NCBI GenBank assembly: GCA_002269645.1 | Contig: NIVC01000200.1 | Span: 248,001-312,000 of the forward strand | DNA: 64,000 nucleotides | Direction of reading: 5' to 3' | Origin: Macrostomum lignano | Lineage: Eukaryota | Shown: one piece after another, positions 1-14,600 of the stretch | Numbering within the stretch: the stretch's first letter is position 1 | Layout of the letters: every line of letters begins with the position of its first letter | Translations under genes and position numbers: made by a program | The notes under the pieces: model-generated | Database searches by the model: none | Told to the model about the DNA's origin: nothing | The model's input: the letters and a program-made list of their open reading frames with translations, nothing else

Positions 1-1090
1 GGTCATATGGGGTATGGTCATAGTCTGCTTGTTAGGGTCATATGCGAAATGGTCAGTCTGTTTGGGTCGTATGGGGTATGGTCATAGTCTGCTTGTTAGG
101 GTCATATGCGAAATGGTCAGTCTGTTTGGGTCGTATGGGGTATGGTCATAGTCTGCTTGTTAGGGTCATATGCGAAATGGTCAGTCTGTTTGGGTCGTAT
201 GGATACTGGTCATAGTCTGCTTGTTAGGATCATATGCGAAATGGTCATTATCTGTTTGGGTCATATGGATAATGGTCATAGTCTGCTTGTTAGGGTCATA
301 TGGAGTATGGTCATAGTCTGCTTGTTAGGGTCATATGGAGTATGGTCATAGTCTGCTTGTTAGGGTCATATGCGAAATGGTCAGTCTGTTTGGGTCGTAT
401 GGATACTGGTCATAGTCTGCTTGTTAGGATCATATGCGAAATGGTCAGTCTGTTAGGGTCATATGGAGACTGGTCATAGTCTGCTTGTTAGGGTCATATG
501 CGAAATGGTCAGTCTGTTAGGGTCATATGGAGACTGGTCATAGTCTGCTTGTTAGGGTCATATGCGAAATGGTCAGTCTGTTAGGGTCATATGGAGACTG
601 GTCATAGTCTGCTTGTTAGGGTCATATGCGAAATGGTCAGTCTGTTAGGGTCATATGGAGACTGGTCATAGTCTGCTTGTTAGGGTCATATGCGAAATGG
701 TCAGTCTGTTAGGGTCATATGGAGACTGGTCATAGTCTGCTTGTTAGGGTCATATGCGAAATGGTCAGTCTGTTTGGGTCATATGGAGACTGGTCATAGT
801 CTGCTTGTTAGGGTCATATGCAAAATGGTCAGTCTGTTAGGGTCATATGGAGACTGGTCATAGTCTGCTTGTTAGGGTCATATGCAAAATGGTCAGTCTG
901 TTAGGGTCATATGGAGACTGGTCATAGTCTGCTTGTTAGGGTCATATGCGAAATGGTCAGTCTGTTAGGGTCATATGGAGACTGGTCATAGTCTGCTTGT
1001 TAGGGTCATATGGATAATGGTCATAGTCTGCTTGTTAGGGTCATATGCGAAATGGTCATAATCTGCTTGTTAGTGTCATATGGGTGATGG
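1..1090. repeat. Minisatellite, ~64-bp higher-order unit built from GGTCA-containing subunits
   Basis: Unit ggtcatagtctgcttgttagggtcatatgcgaaatggtcagtctgttagggtcatatggagact repeated with variants; runs off the window start. Confidence 0.95.
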
Positions 1091-1877
1091 TCATAGTCAG
1101 TACGGTCGGTCATATTGTTAATGGTCATAATTATTATGCGCCATTTAGACTAAAGTCTTAGTTTTACCCTAAAAGTTATATGCTTCTGGTCAGGATCTTT
1201 GGTGTCATGTGGTAAATAGTCATAATGATTGTGATCATATTGTTTGTTTGATTAGACAGTCTTGAGTCACTGTAGTTGATGCCTAATAAAACAGTGGTTG
1301 AATGAAATTTACAATCAATTGTTATCCTATGGTCATTAGTTAGAAGAATTCCGAAGCCCTGAGGTCGTCATAAAATTTATACCAGTCTAAAAAAGAAGCA
1401 GATCCAACGTAATGATATTTTTCGAATAGTTAAATCATATCCTGCAGTGCTTTTTCTATGTATTCATCAGATTAATTCGCAATAAACTTCTCCGTATATT
1501 CCTTCAGGTGTGTTGCCTTTTTGCTTGCTTGCAACAAAAGCAGTACGAGCGGGTTTGATAGGCAATTTTTTCCTGTTGCTGCTTTTGCGTGTTGCACAAG
1601 CAGTTTTGCGCAGCTTACTCTGGCTTGAATGTCTTGGAAATATGGGCTTTCTGCTCAATGATAGACTTGATTCAGTGTTTCTTTGCAGAAGACTGATTAA
1701 TAGAGGCAGGTATAAAATTGCATTTAACTTTTTTGCAGCTTCCTCTATTCGAGTAAATATAATTAGTCTTCTTGAGGCGGAAAATTTTAATTAAATTTTT
1801 TTGCCCAGCAGATTGTGAGAGAAGGGTCTCGGGGAAAAATTGTGTGATTTTGAGTGATTAAGACACATGGACAGACA

Positions 1878-3265
1878 CTAAAACAGACCGGCAGACACTA
1901 AAATAGACAGGCAGACACTAGAACAGACAGGCAGACACTAGAACAGACAGGCAGACACTAGAACAGGCAGGCAGACACTAAAGCAGACAGGCAGACACTA
2001 AAGCAGACAGGCAGACACTAAAACAGACAGGCAGACACTAAAGCAGACAGGCAGACAATAAGCAGACAGGCAGACACTAGAACAGACAGGCAGACAATAA
2101 AGCAGACAGGCAGACACTAAAGCAGACAGGCAGACACTAAAGCAGACAGGCAGACACTAAAGCAGACAGGCAGACACTAAAGCAGACAGGCAGACACTAG
2201 AACAGACAGCAGACACTAGAACAGGCAGGCAGACACTAGAACAGACAGGCAGACAATAAAGCAGACAGGCAGACACTAGAACAGACAGCAGACAATAAAA
2301 CAGACAGGCAGACACTAGAACAGACAGCAGACAATAAAACAGACAGGCAGACACTAGAACAGACAGCAGACACTAGAACAGGCAGGCAGACACTAGAACA
2401 GACAGGCAGACAATAAAGCAGACAGGCAGACACTAAAGCAGACAGGCAGACACTAAAACAGACAGGCAGACACTAGAACAGACAGGCAGACACTAAAACA
2501 GACAGGCAGACAATAAAACAGACAGGCAGACACTAGAACAGACAGCAGACATTAAAGCAGACAGGCAGACACTAGAACAGACAGGCAGACACTAAAGCAG
2601 ACAGGCAGACACTAAAGCAGACAGGCAGACACTAAAGCAGACAGGCAGACACTAAAGCAGACAGGCAGACACTAGAACAGACAGCAGACACTAGAACAGG
2701 CAGGCAGACACTAGAACAGACAGGCAGACAATAAAGCAGACAGGCAGACACTAGAACAGACAGCAGACAATAAAACAGACAGGCAGACACTAGAACAGAC
2801 AGCAGACAATAAAACAGACAGCAGACACTAGAACAGGCAGGCAGACACTAGAACAGACAGGCAGACAATAAAGCAGACAGGCAGACACTAAAGCAGACAG
2901 GCAGACACTAAAACAGACAGGCAGACACTAGAACAGACAGGCAGACACTAAAACAGACAGGCAGACAATAAAACAGACAGGCAGACACTAGAACAGACAG
3001 CAGACATTAAAGCAGACAGGCAGACACTAGAACAGACAGGCAGACACTAAAGCAGACAGGCAGACACTAAAGCAGACAGGCAGACACTAAAGCAGACAGG
3101 CAGACACTAAAGCAGACAGGCAGACACTAGAACAGACAGCAGACAATAAACCAGACAGGCAGACAATAAAGCAGACAGACAGACACTAAAATAGACAGGC
3201 AGACACTAGAACAGACAGGCAGACTCTAAAGCAGACAGGCAGACACTAGAACAGGCAGGCAGACA
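1878..3265. repeat. Minisatellite, ~20-bp unit
   Basis: gcagacacta(a/g)a(g/a)cagacag in tandem; source of the spurious ORFs at 2157-2433. Confidence 0.95.
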
Positions 3266-3612
3266 GATAGCAAGCGAGTTTACAAGCAGACGGTTAAGAA
3301 ATGATCAAACAGAATTCCTTATTTCCAAAATTCTGTCCAGCCGGTCGAAGATTTTATTGGGACTTGGAGCAGTGTTAAAGCACTAAGCTAACTGGGACCC
3401 TACGGGAGGTGCTAACGCAGAATGCAGTTTGTGTACGCATCGTTATTAATCTTTGCAGAGTGTCTGAACAGATTCGTTTCCACCTTGTATCTTATATTGT
3501 CAGAAGATGAAACACTACTTATATTACTGTTTAATTTATTCAGTGAGTAGTCTGTTCAGACTGAACATACATAATATACTATTAAAATCAATATCTTATC
3601 TGTCCCAAACAG

Positions 3613-5668
3613 TGCGGCAGTAAAAACATTCGCTTCGTAGTGATGAACAACCTGCTGCCCTCTACTATACGGCTAACGGAGAAGTACGACCTGAAAGGCT
3701 CCACTTATAAGCGCCAGGCAAGCAATGCCGAGCGAGAGAAATCTTCACCTACGTTTAAAGATTTGGATTTTAAGTGAGCAAGATTATTATTTATAATATT
3801 CAATATGAAACTGTATCCTAAAGACAGTTCTTCTGTTTGAGCTCTCCATGGGCCATATATTAGAGCACTCCATCCATTTGAGCACTCCATCCATTTGAGC
3901 AGTCCATCCATTTGAGCAGTCCATCCATTTGAGCAGTCCATCCATTTGAGCAGTCCATCCATTTGAGCACTCCATCCATTTGAGCACTCCATCCATTTGA
4001 GCACTCCATCCATTTGAGCAGTCCATCCATTTGAGCAGTCCATCCATTTGAGCAGTCCATCCATTTGAGCAGTCCATCCATTTGAGCAGTCCATCCATTT
4101 GAGCACTCCATCCATTTGAGCACTCCATCCATTTGAGCACTCCATCCATTTGAGCAGTCCATCCATTTGAGCAGTCCATCCATTTGAGCACTCCATCCAT
4201 TTAAGCACTCCATCCATTTGAGCACTCCATCTACGAGCTATTTGAGCACTCCATACATTAGAGTAGCTCGTACTCCATACATTTAAGCACTCCATTCCCT
4301 AAGTCTCATCCGCATTGTCCGCAGAGCACTACACGAGACGGGCCTGTCGCTTGAGGCAGACATCTACACCAGCCTAATCGAATGCATTAGTCGAGACTGT
4401 CTGGTACTTGAATCGTTTCGCATTATGGACTACTCGCTACTGTTGGGTATTTATAATTTAGATCAGACTCTTCGAGAAAGGGTGAGCTATTGATTTGAGT
4501 TATGACTTATGATTTAAAACCTCTCCCATCTTTTTAGCTTTTATGAGATTTCCCATCAATTTACTTTGGGATTTCCAATGAAAAAACCCCAGGATTTTCC
4601 CAATAAACTACGTGAGATTTCCGTATAAACCCGTGTAGAAGTCAGAGCGAGTGAATCCTTGGAAGTAGCGAGTACTTAGCGGGAAAACCACCGATGAAAT
4701 CAACTTTTTTTACACGGTAGCGCGTTTTTGCCAATTTTGTGACTCGCTACCAAAAAAACGCGCTGGCTCACGGTCAAATACGCGGTGGTTTTCACGGTGA
4801 GAGCTCTCTCGCTGCTTGACTCGGTGGACAACTCGCTAGCCGCTTCACTCACTCGCTCATTCTCTCGCTACTGTTACTCGCTCATTCTCTCGCTCATTCT
4901 CACGCTCATTCTCTCGCTACTGTTACTCGCTCATTCTCTCGCTACTGTTACTCGCTCATTCTCTCGCTCATTCTCTCGCTACTGTTACTCGCTCATTCTC
5001 TCGCTCATTCTCACGCTCATTCTCTCGCTACTGTTACTCGCTCATTCTCTCGCTACTGTTACTCGCTCATTCTCTCGCTACTGTTACTCGCTCATTCTCT
5101 CGCTCATTCTCTCGCTACTGTTACTCGCTCATTCTCTCGCTACTGTTACTCGCTCATTCTCTCGCTACTGTTACTCGCTCATTCTCTCGCTCATTCTCTC
5201 GCTACTGTTACTCGCTCATTCTCTCGCTACTGTTACTCGCTCATTCTCTCGCTACTGTTACTCGCTCATTCTCTCGCTCATTCTCTCGCTACTGTTACTC
5301 GCTCATTCTCTCGCTACTGTTACTCGCTCATTCTCTCGCTACTGTTACTCGCTCATTCTCTCGCTACTGTTACTCGCTCATTCTCTCGCTACTGTTACTC
5401 GCTCATTCTCTCGCTACTGTTACTCGCTCATTCTCTCGCTACTGTTACTCGCTCATTCTCTCGCTACTGTTACTCGCTCATTCTCTCGCTACTGTTACTC
5501 GCTCATTCTCTCGCTACTGTTACTCGCTCATTCTCTCGCTACTGTTACTCGCTCATTCTCTCGCTTGTTGTCTTGCTTGTTGTCTCGCTAATTCTGTCGG
5601 TGTACAAATAATATATTATATATATTATAATAAATATATAATAATTAATAATATAATAATATAATATA

Positions 5669-5704
<36 letters not shown>

Positions 5705-8700
5705 TATTCGAGCAACAAGCTCGAAGACCAGTCGAAGTCAAACGGTAAGTCACGCGGAGGCCGATCAGTTACTGCGGCCGTTGTCCGCGGCGACGGCAAC
5801 GTGGGCTAGACGGTCGGTGCCGGTACCAATTTTTCGGCTTCCGTTATATGGAGAAAGAGCAAGACAGCAATTATAACTCTCTTAAAACAAAAACTTATAA
5901 CTCTTTACTTTCTAGCTACTTTAGAAGAATGCATAACTGCGTAGTAGTTTTTGGTTTCGGTAGTTTGCTATAGTTTTAGTTTTCGAGTAAATGTAAAGTA
6001 GTTTTAGTTTTTTTGGCCAAAAAAGTTTTGGCAACTGGTCAACTATGAAAAAACAGTAACTGCAAAAAACAACTGAACATGTTACAATCCTTCAATGTAG
6101 TCTCCCCCTCTCTCAATGCACTTTTGGTGCCGCCGAATCCATGCTTCGAATGCGCCATGGTACTCAGAAGCAGGTATGGCCTTCAGTTCTGAATTGATGC
6201 ACTTAGCCAGGTCCTGGCATCGGTGAAAATTCCGTCCTGCCAGCCGTTCAGTCAGCTTGGCGAGCACCCAGAAGTCGCAGGGAGCCAAGTCAGGACTGTA
6301 GGGTGGGTGGCGGATGTCTTGATGTTGTTGGCTGCCAGAAAGTTGGTCGTCAGGGCCGCTGTGTGACTGGACGCATTGTCATGGTGCAGGTGAACTCGCC
6401 CAGCTTGAAGCCGTGAGGGCTGAGTTGCGTGAAGTGACGCCATGACTTGTGGCAGAACCGTACCGGAGTAGAAGCTGGCGTTCACATTCTGTCCATTAGG
6501 CACCATGATGACGGCCACGGGCCCAGATGTGCTGATGAAGATGACGAACATCTCCTTCCGGGACCGAAAGCTGGACCGCAGGACAGTCGGCCTCGCGTCT
6601 CCAGAGCCCACCCAGGCCTTGTTCTTCATCTTCTGGGGCACTTGAAAGTAAAAGAACCATTTCTCATCACCTGTAGCGACGTCGGAAAGCCTCTGGCAGC
6701 CTCCTGGACCGAAGTTGCGCAGGAATTCCTGGCTGCACCGCACCCTCTCCCTCTTCTGCTCTTCTGTCAGGAGGTGGGGCACCCAGTGGGCGGTGACCTT
6801 GCGGAGGCCCAGGTGGCTGTGCAGGATGGTGTGCGCACTGCCATCGGAAATACCGACAGTCTCGCTAATCACAGCGACGGTAATGTTTGGATCCTCGTCC
6901 ACCAGAGCCCTGACAGCAGCGATGTTGGCTTCGGTCACAGCTGTGCTGGGTCGTCCAGACCGGGGGTCGTCGTTCAAGGAGGCCCGTCTGGCGTTGATGG
7001 ACTCTATCCACCTGGCGACCGTGCGGTAGGAAGGGGCTTGGTCCCCGACTACCTGGACCAGGTCTGCATGGATTTTGACCGCGCTTTCTCCGAGTCGTGA
7101 GCGCATGAAAACGTAGAATCGCCACTGGTCTGGTTGCACTGGCTCCATTTTTGGCAGAGTCTAAAACACCACCTTGCGTTGGCCACGCGCAAGTATAACA
7201 CATTCGAGGGAAAAAAAGTCATACTCTATGGTTAAAACCAATGTCTGCGATTTCGTAAAAAAAATTCAACGCTTTGTGATATGTACTTTTGGAGATATTA
7301 GGTCAGTTGCCAAAACTTTTTGAATGCCCCTCGTAGTATACGTTCTGGTGCTTTGCTTTTCTTTACTATTTTCTTTACTTAAGCATTTTTTTCGTACAAA
7401 TCCTTACAAGGCGCCCCATAAATGTCATCTTTATGAATTTACCGTACAAAGCCGTACAAGAAGGCGCCGTATAATGTCATCTTCATGAATATCAGTACTA
7501 TTTCCAGCTTTAAGCCATAAATATACTGTACCGTTTGAACCAATTTAATATACACAAGTAATTAATTGGTGTGCATACTTCATATGAAAAATCGAGCGCC
7601 GTTTTGAGCGCGAAACTGCGGCATCCGGTGAGCTAAGCCACTGCATTTCTATTGTATAAGCGCGTCAAGTCTAGAGATGGGAAATGAGCGAGAGAATGAG
7701 CGAGTAACAGTAGCGAGAGAATGAGCGAGTAACAGTAGCGAGAGAATGAGCGAGAGACAATAGCGAGAGAATGAGCGAGAGACAATAGCGAGAGAATGAG
7801 CGTGAGAATTTTTACAAAAAAATGCTTTTAGCGAGTCCGCACCGTGCGAAAATGAGCGAGTGCAGGGACATAAACTCGGTGTATTTTGCACGCTCTTTGA
7901 ATTTTTTTTGAGCGCGTTAACTCGCTCTAACTTTTACACGGGAAATAACCACGGGGTTTTCCTCTAAACAACCCCGGGATTTGTCAATAAAATACCCAGT
8001 ATTTCCCAAAAAATACCCCGGAATTTCCCAATAAACTACCTTGAGATTTCCCAAAAATAACCAAGATTTCCTAATAAACTACCCTAAGATTTCCCTATAA
8101 ACATCTCTGGGATTTCCCAATAAGCTACCCTGGGATTTCCCAATAAGCTACCCTGGGATTTCCCAATAAGCTACCCTGGGATTTCCCAATAAGCTACCCT
8201 GGGATTTCCCAATAAAGTATTCCGGGATTTCCCTATAAACAAACGCGGGATTTTCCAATAAACTACCCCGGGATTTCCCTACCTTAAGATTTTCCACTTT
8301 CACCAATAGTGATGTACTTTAAAATGGGTCGCCAAATCATCAACAGGAGCGTCAGCGACCCGCCAGCTCCGTTGGCGCCGCTGCAGCAGTTGGCGTCGCA
8401 GGCGGCGCGCCGTCAACTTCCGGCGCAGGCGCAGCAACATCCGCATCGGCGCTGACCGCCTCTGCAGCGGCCGCCTCCGCCAGCTTCGATGAATCCGATG
8501 GCAATCAGCAGCAGCAGCGACGCGCTGGTCGCGGCGGCAGCGTTGAAGGCCTTCAACGAGGCTGGAGTCTAAAGAAGATTTCCGTGTTCAATACGCCGAT
8601 TGAGTCAATCAATGCTGAGAACACGGCGCCCATCGATTTGCACTCTGACGAGATGGACATTACTCCGTGAGGCATTGTTCATTATGAAGGGATTTTTAAT

Positions 8701-11610
8701 TATGATGGGATTTTTTATTGTGATGGGATTTTTCATTGTGATGGGATTTTTCATTGTGATGGGATTTTTCATTGTGATGGGATTTTTCATTATGATGGGA
8801 TTTCTCATTGCGATGGGATTTTTCATTATGATGGGATCTTAGTCTGATGGGATTTTCCATTATAATGGGATTTTTCATTATGATGGGATTTCTCATGATG
8901 GGATTTCTCATTATGATGGGAATTTTCATTATGTTGGGAATTTTCATTATGATGGGATTTTAGTGTGATGGGATTTTCTATTATAATGGGATTTTTAATT
9001 ATGATGGGATTTTTCATTGTGAATGGATTTTTCATTATGATGGGATTTTAGTCTGATGGGATTTTCCATTATGATGGGATTTCTCATTATGATGGAATAT
9101 TAGTGTGATGCGATTTTCCATTGTGATGGGATTTTACCGGACTGTTGATGATCCTCAGTTGGGTATATTTTCATGTCTCATATGGGATTATCACTTTGTA
9201 AAAATAGTTTTATCGCTATTGCTTTCAGAGTTGGCGGCATTCCAGCTAGAAACGCCAAAGGCGAGCGCCTATTCCTATACATGGGCATCATTGACATTCT
9301 GCAGAATTATCGCCTATTTAAGAAGATGGAACATGCCATGAAGAGTATCATTACTGACGGGGTAAGTTATAAAATTGCAATAATACAGGTTACTGATTTT
9401 ATGGCGGCATACATTAAAGGGTTGTTATTGGCGGCACAGATCAAAAGTTGTTATGGGCGGCATAGATCAGAGTTTTTATTGGCGGCATAGATCCAAGAGT
9501 TTTTATTGGCGGCATAGATCAAAAAGTTTGTATTAGCGACATAGATCAAAGGTTGTTATTTGCGGCACAGATAAGTGTTGTTGTGGGCGGCATAGATCAC
9601 GGAGTTGTTATTGGCGGCATGGATCAAAGGGTTGTTATCGCAACAGTTCAAATGGTATTGGCGGCAAGGCTATTGTTATTAGTGGCAAATTTCAAATGGT
9701 TTTTTGGCGGCTGTTAACCGTTAACCGTAAAAAAGACTGTTTCGTCAATATGGTTATGTTTCTATAGTTTATTCTACAATAACTTTATCCAGGACACAGT
9801 GAGCGTGCACAACCCTAGATTCTACTCTGAAAGATTTCAACTGTATCTGAAGAATGAGGTCTTCAAAAAGGTTGAAAGCTGTAAGTACTTCGATGCAATC
9901 AAGTATTTTTTTACAAAATTTACTAACAAATTTGATTTTCAATTTTCTGTTTTTTGTTAGTTCATCAGAATAGTAAATGTTAAATTGTCGAGCTAATTGC
10001 AATTGAATCTTGTTGAGTTGTTTGAATGTAAATTAAAGTGCTAAAATTGGCACCATTTTTTGCCAAGAGTTTACCGTTAGTGTACGTGACTTTGATGTAA
10101 GTCTTGTAACTACAAGATTTTTATTTAACTAATATGGCCTAAAGGTATATTATAAAATAGTAATGAATCACTAAATACTTTTGTGCCAATCAGAGTTGTT
10201 ATTAAAACATCTTTGTTTCCAAATTGCACCACCTCAATGCTAATAAGCCTCCCAGATCCTCAGTTGCTGGGCCAGCCTCCCAGATCCTCAGTTGCTGGGC
10301 CAGCCTCCCAGATCCTCAGTTGCAGGGCCAGCCTCCCAGATCCTCAGTTGCTGGGCCAGCCTCCCAGATCCTCAGTTGCTGGGCCAGCCTCCCAGATCCT
10401 CAGTTGCTGGGCCAGCCTCCCAGATCCTCAGTTGCTGGGCCAGCCTCTCAGATCCTCAGTTGCTGGGCCACTAGCCTCCCAGATCGTCAGTTGCTGGGCC
10501 ATCAGCCTCCCAGATCGTCAGTTGCTGGGTTAGCCTCCCAAATCCTCAGTTGCTGGGCCAGTCTGCCAGATCCTCAGTTGCTGGGCCATCAGCCTCCCAG
10601 ATCCTCAGTTGCTGGGCCAGCCTCCCAGATCCTCAGTTGCTGGGCCATCAGCCTCCCAGATCCTCAGTTGCTGGGCCAGCCTCCCAGATCCTCAGTTGCT
10701 GGGCCAGCCTCCCAGATCCTCAGTTGCTGGGCCAGCCTCCCAGATCCTCAGTTGCTGGGCCAGCCTCCCAGATCCTCAGTTGCTGGGCCAGCCTCCCATA
10801 TCCTCAGTTGCTGGGCCAGTCTGCCAGATTCTCAGTTACTGGGCTACCAACCACTCAGGCGTCTATAATAAAAATAAAAACAAAAAATTAATACACTAAA
10901 ATGTATATCGTTAATAGTTACCAAAGTTCCAAACAACATCTTGTGCCATTCTCTTGTTGGATCCTGCCACACTTTTTCACATTGTTTCATAATTGTCATC
11001 TGACTGAAATCGTTTAGATCAATAGTGTTTATTATTATTAATTTTGTAATTCAATTCCAAGTGGACGAGCCGCACATGCTTGGACCAAATGCGCTCCGAT
11101 TCCGGCGTATCGTTAATCTCGGTAATAAAAATATTCATCCCGAGAGTGTGTTTGTCTTTAGTAGCATCATGATATAAAGTTAGTTAGTAAACCTTTAGTT
11201 TTACACCATCAATATAGTTTATATTTCAATTATGGATTATCAGTGGCACGCGGCATAATAATCATATAATATTGTTCATAAATCTTTCACTATTCTTTTT
11301 AGTCGCTATTATTTATTGTTTTTTCACTTTGAGTTTTTTTATTCCTTGACTTTCTTCTAGCACTACTACTGTTAGTACTATTATTGAACACTCTTAACTA
11401 ATATATCTAAGGTTCCATGCCTATTTAAGCCTAATTTGTGGCACTTTTAAATATAGGATGCTGGTTGTCCGATCATCAGTTAGCGCCTCTTTTTGTTAGT
11501 AAACAGTGAGAGTGTTTGGTATCACACTCACAAATGGTTGAGGTACTTTTCACTGATTTTTAGAGAATAAATTATCTAAAAAAGCGAGACAGAAAGACAG
11601 ACAGACAGAA

Positions 11611-11649
<39 letters not shown>

Positions 11650-14600
11650 AAACCTGTATTGTTTTTATTAGAACTAAATTGTTTTCCCAATGTACAGGGG
11701 TATTAAATTTTGTTATATGTTTCGTAGAAATATTTGCATCGGATATTTCGTAAGTTCATTCCAGTAACTGTTGTGTCAGATAGTTTCCTAAATTTTTGGT
11801 TGTTGGGCTAATTTAGCTGCACTTTATTATTGTCTTCGTGTAAGTAATTTATTGAAGAAATAGTATACTACTACCTTAAACTACTATGCGGGCGCAAGTA
11901 GAATATTCGAACATTGCCGCCTTTTTTTAAAGAGAAATAAAAATGTTAATATTGCCCTATTTTTCAAATTAACATAAACAGCCTCAGCCGCGATTGGTAA
12001 GATTTTGATTAATACTTTTTTAGTACAAAATTAATGTTTAATTGAATTACCGCTGTGCGTGTAACTACGTAGAGTCTATCTTCTCTAAAAATATTCTAAT
12101 AGTTAAAATTTGACTTATATATTTATACTACTGAATTAGATTTGCTTTAGTGAGTAGTGCGTTAGCTTTTTTTCCGACGGCTTACTATAAATATTACCTA
12201 TATATGTCAAGGAAATATTATAGAGAAATAATCGCAGTTTTTCTTGGCCTATTAAATATCGCTTTACCTGTTTATTACAAAATGGCTGTAATTATACTCG
12301 TAATTAACAAATTTTCTAGAAATTTTTTTACTGCCACTACTGCTAGTTAATTACTTGTTCAAATAAGATAAGATATGTTTTATTGCTGGCGGCTGTGTTC
12401 ACTCATGTGTATACCTGCAATTATTTAATTGTTAATTCACATATATCTCACTTATTTGATATCTGCTCAACTGAGCGCAATTATAAAGGCAACACTGATA
12501 TAATTATCATATTATTTTTACAATCGCCCTCGCCCAGCTATGAAATCGGCGCCCAGCAGGCGACGTGCGGCAACGCGCGGTCGATCATCCACTATCGACG
12601 ATTCTGGTTGTTTAAGCGGCAGCGATGGGCTCCGGCCTGCCAGCATGATGGCTACCGTGGCCATCTCTGATGGACTGGATGGTGAGGACTGCTGATTGTC
12701 TGTGTCCAGTTCTCCTGTGTCTGACTCTCTGTGTCTGACTCTCTCTGTGTCTGACTCTCTGTGTCTGACTCTCTGTGCTTGACTCTCTGTGTTTGACTCT
12801 CTGTGTCTGACTCTCTGTGTCTGACTCTCTGTGCTTGACTCTCTGTGTTTGACTCTCTGTGTCTGACTCTCTGTGTCTGACTCTCTGTGCTTGACTCTCT
12901 GTGTCTGACTCTCTGTGCTTGACTCTCTGTGTTTGACTCTCTGTGTCTGACTCTCTCTGTGTCTGACTCTCTCTGTGTCTGACTCTCTCTGCGTCTGACT
13001 CTCTCTGTGTCTGACTCTCTCTGCGTCTGACTCTCTCTGCGTCTGACTCTCTCTGTGTCTGACTCTCTGTGTCTGACTCTCTCTGTGTCTGACTCTCTCT
13101 GTGTCCAGTTCTCCTGTGTCTGACTCTTTTCTGTGTCCAATTTTCCTGCGTCTGACTCTCTGTGTCTGACTCTTTTCTGTGTCCAATTTTCCTGCGTCTG
13201 ACTCTCTCTGTGTCTGACTCTCTCTGTGTCTGACTCTCTCTGCGTCTGACTCTCTCTGTGTCTGACTCTCTGTGTCTGACTCTCTCTGCGTCTGACTCTC
13301 TCTGTGTCTGACTCTCTCTGTGTCTGACTCTCTCTGCGTCTGACTCTCTGTGTCTGACTCTCTCTGTGTCTGACTCTCTCTGTGTCTGACTCTCTGTGTC
13401 TGACTATCTCTGTGTCCAGTTCTCCTGTGTCTGACTCTCTGTGTCTGACTATCTCTGTGTCCAGTTCTCCTGTGTCTGACTCTTTTCTGTGTCCAATTTT
13501 CCCGCGTCTGACTCTCTGTGGCAGACTCTTTTCTGTGTCCAATTTTCCCGCGTCTGACTCTCTGTGGCAGACTCTTTTCTGTGTCCAGTTCTCCTGTGCC
13601 TGACTCTCTCTGTGTCCAGTTTTCCTGTGTCTGACTCTCTCTGTGTCTGAATCGTATGTCTCTTTCATACTAGTTCATTCTTTCTCCAGTTCTCCCTTCA
13701 TTCTATCCCTTTGTCTCCATATTTTCCCCCTGTCTCCCTTCATTCTATCCCCCTGTCTCCCTTCATTCTATCCCCCTGTCTCCCTTCATTCTATCCCTCT
13801 ATCTCCATTCTATAGTTTCTCATCTTCCTTCTCCCATCGCAACAGACAGCGGCGGTTCCGCCCTCTCGACAGTCGCCGCCGCCGCACTGCCGCAGTCACA
13901 GCCAGCCGGTGCCATCGACGATCGCGACTCGACCCTGTGGGACTCTGCGACGCCAAGACTGTTGATCAAGTCTGGCAGCCACGGGAACGGTGAGTTACTG
14001 GGCTGTTTGCCGCCGTGCTTCATGTTTTGCTGCCCCTAATCTCTGCTATTTTCTAGCTGGCGTTTTTATGTCATTTTTAACACTGGCTTTAATTTTAGTG
14101 TGCGACCCTTGCACACCCTGTCCCTTCTCTCCCGTCTCCCTTCTCTCCTGTCTCCCTTCTCTCCCGTCTCCCTTCTCTCCTGTCTCCCTTCTCTCCCGTC
14201 TCCCTTCTCTCCTGTCTCCCTTCTCATGTCCCCCTTCTCTCCTGTCTCCCTTCTCATGTCCCCCTTCTCTCCTGTCTCCCTTCTCTCCTGTCTCCCTTCT
14301 CTCCTGTCTCCCTTCTCTCCCGTCTCCTTTCTCTCCTGTCTCCCTTCTCTCCTGTCTCCCTTCTCTCCCGTCTCCTTTCTCTCCTGTCTCCCTTCTCTCC
14401 TGTCTCCCTTCTCTCCTGTCTCCCTTCTCTCCCGTCTCCTTTCTCTCCTGTCTCCCTTCTCATGTCCCCCTTCTCTCCTGTCTCCCTTCTCATGTCCCCC
14501 TTCTCTCCTGTCTCCCTTCTCTCCTGTCTCCCTTCTCTCCTGTCTCCCTTCTCTCCTGTCTCCCTTCTCTCCCGTCTCCCTTCTCTCCCGTCTCCTTTCT

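Larger units (their letters stand above)
4630..7942. mobile_element. Non-autonomous TIR DNA transposon (CACTA/EnSpm-like) in a PIP5K intron
   Basis: Left end CCCGTGTAGAAGTCAGAGCGAGT (4630) and reverse-complemented right end CCCGTGTAAAAGTTAGAGCGAGT (ends 7942) match 21/23. AAA flanks both ends (3-bp TSD). Inverted subterminal repeats ctcgctcattctctcgctactgtta lie at 4850-5565 and 7680-7800. It interrupts a gggatttccc..ataaac tandem repeat. The superfamily call is inferred. Confidence 0.75.
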
